NCBI RefSeq assembly: GCF_009914755.1 | Contig: NC_060925.1 | Reading direction: 5' to 3' (one strand) | Length of the DNA: 64,000 nucleotides | From: the human T2T-CHM13v2.0 reference genome, Homo sapiens | In this document: positions 55,439-64,000 of the stretch, in pieces | How the letters are laid out: every line of letters begins with the position of its first letter | Position numbering within the stretch: position 1 is the stretch's first letter | Program-made: the position numbers and the translations under genes | Notes under the pieces: model-generated | What the model was told of the DNA's origin: nothing | Seen by the model: only the letters and a program-made list of their open reading frames with translations | Databases searched by the model: none

Positions 55439-56586
55439 TCAATGCCTAGGAGCTTGACTCTGCTTTACTTCTGCCCTTTCGATTCTCTGTGAAATGAACA
55501 GGACTTATGTAATTGCTTTCAGCAGCATCTTTGAATTACAATTACATAATAAGACACACACCAGGATGTGTGTAATTGTGTAATAACAGCATGCCTCACT
55601 GTGCTAGGTTGGTGGCCAATAACCACTTAGTCATGCTATTATATTATAAGAACATATGCCCTCAAGGCATGTTGAAATTATTCTGGGGATCTCTAAAGGA
55701 AAGCTGACTGATCAAAAGAGAACCCCAACTTAAAAAGCTATAAAATAAATAATTTTTAAAAATCTGATAGTAATCCCAACAAGAAACAAAAAAATTACAC
55801 CTACCCTAAAAACAAACAAACAAAAAACCTGTAGTGTAAAATCAAAATCAAAGTGTTGTGTAATGATTCACTTACGTCACCACAGGATTTAAGATGACAG
55901 AGTGTTAATAAGGAAAAAACAAGAAGCTGGCCAGAAGTCAGGTGTTGTGATGCCCTCTTCATAGTTGGTCAGCGTGAAGACTACAGAGGAGTTATGTCTC
56001 AACCCAGAAAGTTCTAGCTTCTTTGGAGCCTACTCCTTCCCAAGAAAATGACACCCCAAAGGCTCTATAAACTTTCCACACTTTGAACTTTTGTGTTGTT
56101 CTCATAGTCATCAGATCAAAAAATAATCTCAGAAATGTGAGATCAGACTTTTGCAGTTGAATCTCCCCAATGATATTTTCCTTACAGTGAAAGTATGTGC
56201 TAGGATAAATTGCCCACACTTTATTCTTACAGCACAAGATACGTATATGTTATATATATAGTATGTGTACATACGTTTCAATACCTAATTTTTCTGTATA
56301 TGCAAACTACATTTCCATCTCTTCCACTCTTCTAACTCATTTGGCAGGAAAAAAACCTCATGCAACAAAAATAAGGCAGTATGAGATGAGGGGAGAGGTG
56401 GGAGAGATACTTTTGCAATTTATAAAATATTAGTTTGTCACTTCTTAGATAAGGCTGTATCAATACAAGTTATAATATCGAGGTAAACATAAATGTATAT
56501 GTGTAATATACTTGTAATTCACAATTGATGTTTTGTTTTTTCCTTATGCAATTAGAACCTTAAAATATAGAAGTTTTGATCATTAC

Positions 56587-57660
<1,074 letters not shown>

Positions 57661-59644
57661 CATTTATTACATTATTATATCAACTGCACATTTATTACAT
57701 CAACAAACTTTTTTTTAAACAATGCTGAGTATAAGTAATGAGAATATAATGGAGAGGAAAACAAGGTCCATGTTGTTTTAGGGCTTATAGTCCACCAAAA
57801 AATAATTTTGACAGGACATGCATAGGAAAGGCAGCAAATATAGTTGTGGGTTTTAATCCATTACGTATGTGGCATTTCCAAAATACCATATGTAAGCTGA
57901 TTTTAAATATTTTCAGTGATCTTAAAGGACATCAACTGAGTATTTCAGTCACCTTAACAACCAAAAGTATTCAATGATTCAACAAATGACCTGCAACTAA
58001 TGACTCAATCTAAACCCAATCTAAACCTCCATTGAGTTAAATTTGAGGAAGTACCTACAAAATTATTGTTACCTCTCTGCAGGGTGCTGGACTGGCTCTC
58101 ACCCACTTCAATTATGCACATCTCTTCCCAACTTCATGTTCAGTCATACCAGATGAGTTGTTTGAAATCAGCACCCTTCACACTGCCCACTGAAGGCTCC
58201 ACTTCAAGTCTGCCCTCCTCTGGAGCCTTTTGTTAAATCTTTGCCAGCACACCATTCGTCAGGGTGCACCCCCATCAACAAGACAGCTTAAAGACATTTA
58301 GAAAGCAAAACCATGACAGAAAATGTCAAAGGGGAAGAGAGGAATATACAAATATGGAAATAAAATAATAAAGTGGAAGATTCTGATGTATTAAGCCAGA
58401 GCAGCAGTTCTCAAATGTTATGGCCTATATCCAAATCACCCAGAGATGTAGGGTGGGGCCAGGGAATTGAATTTCTAACAAGTTTCCTGGCTATCCCACT
58501 GCACTGGACCATCGGTATGGCTTTTTCTCCTAACACCAGTTCGTCTCCTGTGCTTACCACCTGGTTGAGGAGGGGTGGAAGTGCATGGCAGGTGTGGCTA
58601 ATGCCATTGGATTGGCAGCTCTTGGTAAAGGAAATCGATGGCCATGTATAAACAATGTTTAAGCTGAAGTCCAGTGAAATGGTCCCTGGGGACCCACAAG
58701 CTGCTCACAGCCAGGAAGGCAGCACTGCCCAATGTTGCCCCCACCATGGAAGAAAAAGCATGCCAAACACCTTCATCTAGCCCTGAAGGTATTTTCACTA
58801 GGCCTATGTAGAAGGTAGTTTGGCTAAAACAGCTTCAGTTGGCATATGCAGAAAGACACAATCTTAGAGCCACAGTGAATTATTTGTTTGGAAGGCAGGA
58901 CCCTATTAAGACACTGGATGTTGCCTTATCCATATCTGGATCACCACAATGCAAACCATGCCCCTGGAGACAGAAATCTACAAGCCACAAAGACAGGGAG
59001 AAAGCTAACATGACATTACTGGGAAGGTGAGCATACAGTAATTAGATCTCACAAAATAAGGATGATAGAAGAATTCCATTGTGTTCACATTTCTTACCCT
59101 CTGTAATGTTGAAGATCTGAAATTTGGTTGTAAATACATTGGTAACTTTTTTGTCCAAATTACATTCCCAAGAAACAGATAAAAACTGAACACAGGTTGA
59201 AGTTTGGCTGTTTTATAAGTATGCAGTTACTGAAAGCACTGGTGATAACACTGTCAGAAGTGAAAAATTATAGATGATTAATAAGAAATCGTTGAAAGAA
59301 ATGGTTCTTGCCAAACAAAACATCAATGAGATTGAAAACAATTTTCATTGACAAAACATGTGCCTGTTGGGCATTCCAGAGGAGTGTGATGAGAATAAAT
59401 TTGACTGAACCTTTAAAAGAGTTTTTACTTGTTGGGTCAGATCTTTCTGCTAAATCCCTCAGTGTCAAAATGCTGTTTTGCCTTTCCTACCTGCTCTGGG
59501 CATACTCCGTCACAAACTACGTTGTGTGAATCTGAGGACTGCTTTAGAAATGAGTTCCCAAATTGCTCAAGAAATAGTTCAGGCTGTAATTCTGAAAAGC
59601 CTTCTGCTCACTCAGGTCCTGTGGGGGGAGTTTAGCCAATAAAG

Positions 59645-59672
59645 GAAAGAAAGAAAGAAAGAAAGAAAGAAA
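59645..59672. repeat. (GAAA)n microsatellite
   Basis: Direct reading. Confidence 0.9.
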
Positions 59673-60084
59673 TTAAACTCTTTCAAAAGCAAACTTTGGA
59701 ACCATGACAAACATGGAAGCCATGTGTATACCATGCTGTCAGCATTTCCTGAAGAAGCTGTGTGTGGGCTTCAGGGAGGGCTCTGGGATGATAATCTGGA
59801 AATGATGAAGAATTCTTTTATGTATTTTATTGTAGTACAGGTCTAATAAAAGCTAAGTATTATAAATGTTAATGGTGCATTAATTGTAAGTTAAAACAAT
59901 AATTTGATACTATTTTTCCAACCACAAATTGGCAAAAAAATTTAAAAGTGGTAATGAAATAGGAAAATGGGTGAACACTCAAATACAGTTTGTGGAAATA
60001 TAAATTGATAGAACCTTTTTCAGGGACAACTTGGCAGTATCTATCAAGATTCCAAATATACCTATCCTATGAGGAAGCAGAATG

Positions 60085-60315
60085 CATATGAGTTAAGGAC
60101 AGACTGGATTCAGAGATCCTGGATTCCAATCCTGGCTCTACCAATTAGAACCATGAGATCTCAAACAAGTTGCTTAACCTCTCTGAGCCTAAGTTTATCA
60201 TCTGCAAAACTGAGATAATAATAGTATCTATAACTCATGGGGTTGTCATGGGAATTTTAAAAGTTGATATTTGTAAAGTGTTTACACTGGTGCCTGGCAT
60301 ATAGGAAGTGCCTAG
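60085..60315 (+). mobile_element. MIR
   Basis: AATCCTGGCTCTACCA..CAAGTTGCTTAACCTCTCTGAGCCT. Confidence 0.8.
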
Positions 60316-60499
60316 AACCCTAATTCAAGGAAAACATTCTATAAAACTTCTAGCCAAATGTCTAAGTTCAATACAACATGGTTTCTCACAACATATAAAT
60401 GGAAACTAACTCTAGAGGTCCAACACTGAGAAAATATGCAAATAAATGCTAGTTCATCAGCGTGATTGAATAGTTTATAGCCCTTTAAAGAATAAGGTA

Positions 60500-60808
60500 G
60501 GCTGGGCGCGGTGGCTCACGCCTGTAATCCCAACACTGTGAGGCCGAGGCGGGTGGATCATGAGGTCAGGAGATTGAGACCATCCTGGCTAACACGGTGA
60601 AACCCTGTCTCTACTAAAAAATAGAAAAAATTAGCCGGGTGTGGTGGAGGGCGTCTGTAGTCCCAGCTACTTGTGAGGCTGAGGTGAGGCAGGAGAATGG
60701 CGTGAACCTGGGAGGCAGAGCTTGCAGTGAGCCAAGATTGTGCCACTGCACTCCAGCCTGGGTGACAAAGTGAGACTCCGTCTCAAAAAAAAAAAAAAAA
60801 AAAAAAAA
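60500..60808 (+). mobile_element. AluY-like
   Basis: CATCCTGGCTAACACGG, GGAGAATGGCGTGAACC, GAGCTTGCAG; TSD AAGAATAAGGTA / AAGAGTGAGGTA. Confidence 0.92.
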
Positions 60809-61979
60809 GAGTGAGGTACAGCTCTGTGTACCCCAAGAACAACGTATTGCTGAGTACAAAAACAAATTGTAAAACAGCATGTTCAGTAGAATCTCATTAT
60901 TATAAAAGTGAAGTTTGTGTGTGTGTGTGTGTGTATGTGTACCTGAAAAGATATATACCATACTTACCAGTGATCACCTCTGAGGAGTGAGATTAGAGCA
61001 GCGAAGAGACTTCCAATTCTTACTTTATACACTTCTGTATTGTTTGAACCTTTGAAAATGAACATAAATTACTTTTTAATTAAAAAAGCTTTTAAATCAC
61101 TAGTCTGAGCATAGTTTAGATTTAAATAATTATTCTTTCTCTCTCTCTTTTTTTTTTTAAAGATTCAGATTCATAGCCATGCGATGAATGCTACTGTTAT
61201 CATTGACATAGATGACCAGCCCGGAAATAAGATTGTATGAATAGTCCATTTAGTTAAATGTTTCGGCCACTTAGATCTATGTGAATGTGAGCATAAAATG
61301 TGGAAACACTTAGGAAATAAGCTTTCATTGTATAGTATAATAGGGGGTAATGAGATTTGGTCAATCTGTCAGAGATTTAAACCTACCCGATCCTAAAGAA
61401 AAATAGGCCTAAAATATTTCAAATGTGAGGTTATATTAAAAGCCACAGTTTCAAACTGTGAAGCTAAAGAAATCAGTTGTTTCAGTTTATTGTCTCAGGG
61501 AAAGCACAGTGTAATACCTGAAGGACTTGAAAGAGAACCAAAAGGAGGGGTAGCATTCCCAGCAGCTAGCACTTTCATCCAATGCCAGGGCTTTCATTGG
61601 CCAAATTATTTTCAAAGATACTGCCTGACCGAAGCACTTCTGCAATAAAAGTATCTCTGTGTTAGTCAATGGAATGGGGGAATGTTAAAATTGAAAGAGG
61701 CCTTTGAGACCAGCTAGGTCAGTGTCCACATTTCACAGAAGAGGACACTGAGTTCTGGAAAGATCACGGGACTTCGTAACAAAAACAAACTACAGCTCAG
61801 GTCAACTGACCATCAGTATAGTATGCCTTCTAATACACTACTGTCCTCGCACTTTTTGTATTTTAATGTAATGGTTTTAAAATGCACATGGGAAAAATAA
61901 ATATAAACTATAATATAGAACACAAAAGCTCCCAGAGAAGAGTTTACTTCCTATTCTTGTACTCCAAGTCCCAGTTCCT

Positions 61980-62023
61980 CTCCTCAGATATGACCACTAT
62001 GCTCCTCAGATATGACCACTGTG
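61980..62023. repeat. 22-bp tandem duplication
   Basis: CTCCTCAGATATGACCACTATG / CTCCTCAGATATGACCACTGTG. Confidence 0.9.
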
Positions 62024-62024
62024 C

Positions 62025-62335
62025 TTTTTGTTTTGTTTTGGTTTTGGTTTTTGAGACGAGTTTCACTCTGTTGCCTAGGCTGGAGTGCAGTGGTGTGATC
62101 GTGGCTCACTGCAGCCTCAACTTCCTGGACTCAAGCGATCCTCCCAGGTCAGCCTCCTGCATAGTTGGGAGTACAGGTGTGCACCACTACGCCCAGCTAA
62201 TTTTTTGTATATTTTTGTAGAGACAGGATTTCACCATGTTGCCCAGGCTGGTCTTGAACTCCTGGGCTCAAGTGATCTACCCACTTCGGCCTCCCGAAGT
62301 GCTGGGATTATACCTGTGAGCCACTGTGCCCAGCC
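62025..62335 (-). mobile_element. AluJ
   Basis: Alu consensus. Confidence 0.92.
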
Positions 62336-62441
62336 TATAACTACTGTCAGCAGTTCCTCTGATAGTCTTTCAGAGATGCTCTATGAACTTCTAAGCAAGT
62401 GTATATATGTGTGCATGCATGTGTGCAGCATATTATATATA

Positions 62442-62875
62442 CAGTTGACCCTTGAACAACATGGGTTTGAACTATGTGGGTCCACCTATACATGGATTCT
62501 TTTCCACCTCTGCCACCCACAAGACAACAAGACCAACCCCTCCTCTTCCTCCTCCTCCTCAGCCTATTCAATGTAAAGATGATGAGGATGAAAACCTTTA
62601 TGATGATCCACTTCCACTTAATGAATAGTAAATGTATTTTCTCTTCCTTATGGTTTCTTAATAACATGTTAACTTACTTTAAGAATATTGTATATAACAC
62701 ATATAACACACAAAATATGTATGTGTTAATTGACCGTGTATGTTATCAGTAAGGCTTCCAATCCACAGTAGGCTATTGATTTTTAAGTTCTGAGGGAGTC
62801 AAAAGTCATATGCAAATTTGCAACTGTGTTGAGGGGGTAGGTGCCCCTAACGACCAATTGTTCAAGGGTCAACTG
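62442..62875 (+). mobile_element. Tigger2a (MER28)-like TcMar DNA transposon
   Basis: TIRs CAGTTGACCCTTGAACAA / TTGTTCAAGGGTCAACTG; TA at left; 434 bp; characteristic (CCT)n stretch. Confidence 0.9.
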
Positions 62876-62879
62876 TCCT

Positions 62880-64000
62880 ATCAAGCTTCTTGTTTATTTC
62901 TTTGTTTTCACTTGAATATATCATGCAAATTATTCCTTATCAATACATGTTAATCTTCTCTCATTCTTTTTAATGGCTGCACATTATTTCATTACATTAT
63001 AATATATTACAATTTATTTCATCAGTCCCATCTCAATAGATATTTAGACCTTTTTGTCTTTTGTATTACAAACATGCTGTTATCAATAAAAAGTACTCAT
63101 ATACACATCTTTAAGCACCTGTCCAAGTATGTGTGGAGTATACATCAGATAAATTATTAGATGTGGAATTTAGCCAAAGAGTATATTTAATTTTGATAAG
63201 CAATGCCAAATTTTTCTCCAAAAAGGTATATTAATTTACACTTCTACAAAGAAAATATAGTCATTATTTAAGTTTTATTTGTGATTTTTTTCTTCACTTA
63301 TTAAATGATAAGTTCCTTGAAGAAAGAAACCATAGCTTCTACAACTTGATTCCAATGCCCATGGCCACACATATCATCATTCTTTAACAAAGATTGAATG
63401 ACCAAAACTGTGCTAAAGACTGAAATACAAAAATAGATATATATTATTTCCTATAGTGGTAGACTAGTTATCTCAGAGTAACCCCTCTGCTGAGAAAAAG
63501 TAAAATGAAATTGGGAAATATATTTTTTGAAAACCCACACCTTCCAAAAGCACCAAATAGTTAATCAAATAAGAAACTGCCCAGTCAAAATCTAGAAAAA
63601 ATGAAGCCCCTATATTAAAATCTGTTTGGCCCTAATGAGATTTGCTTATCTCGAAGAAATAACTGTGAAACTGCATTTGCTTAGGGCAGGTGGGGGTCTT
63701 TCAGGGCAGAGGAAACAAGACTTAAAGCTCAGGGTCCACCTTAGCTTAAGACTCAGATAAACCACCTGCCACTGTAAGGTAGAACCTAGCAAGGTTATCA
63801 CTTCAGGGTAAGGGTAAACCAGAATTAAACCAGTCCTTCAAAAGACTTGCAGCCTAGCTTCTCATCATTTGGCTCTTTTAGGGAACCTGAAGCCTCAAAC
63901 TTAGATTAAGATAGTCCTGCATCAGTAGCACCTCTAGAATCGTGGCAGAAACAAATTAAAATACTCTCTTGTAAGAGGCACTATCATCTTATGTCTCAAA
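62880..64000. mobile_element. Old L1 fragments (antisense 3' piece, then a 5'-like piece)
   Basis: CTCATTCTTTTTAATGGCTGCA..TTAATTTACACTTC; GTGGCAGAAACAAATTAAAATACTCTCT. Confidence 0.6.

Overview
Human (or closely related primate) genomic DNA, mostly intronic and repeat-rich. Two canonical GT-AG coding exons on the minus strand (18813-19012, 200 nt; 8913-9037, 125 nt) splice in frame. They encode HYDIN protein sequence (DYAHTLTCVTEREKF...KTCR/PFSIEPAIG...VCYDT), which I recognise as HYDIN exons 6 and 7. By eye I find no HYDIN exon 5 or earlier in the 45 kb upstream (19013-64000), although from memory it lies about 13 kb upstream in the chr16 gene. Instead, about 6 kb upstream of exon 6 there is a solo LTR8A-like element with no target-site duplication and unrelated repeats on its two sides. 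Beyond it the sequence changes character and contains a good non-HYDIN candidate exon (28959-29281). The best interpretation is the 5' fusion junction of HYDIN2, the partially duplicated human-specific HYDIN copy at 1q21.1 that acquired new 5' exons. That system is already published, so it is not new; the window does show its junction and candidate leader architecture. The rest is Alu, L1, L2, MIR, MaLR/ERV1 LTRs, DNA transposons, a tailless 5S retropseudogene and several small local duplications. Almost all ORFs in the supplied track are repeat-derived or chance ORFs.
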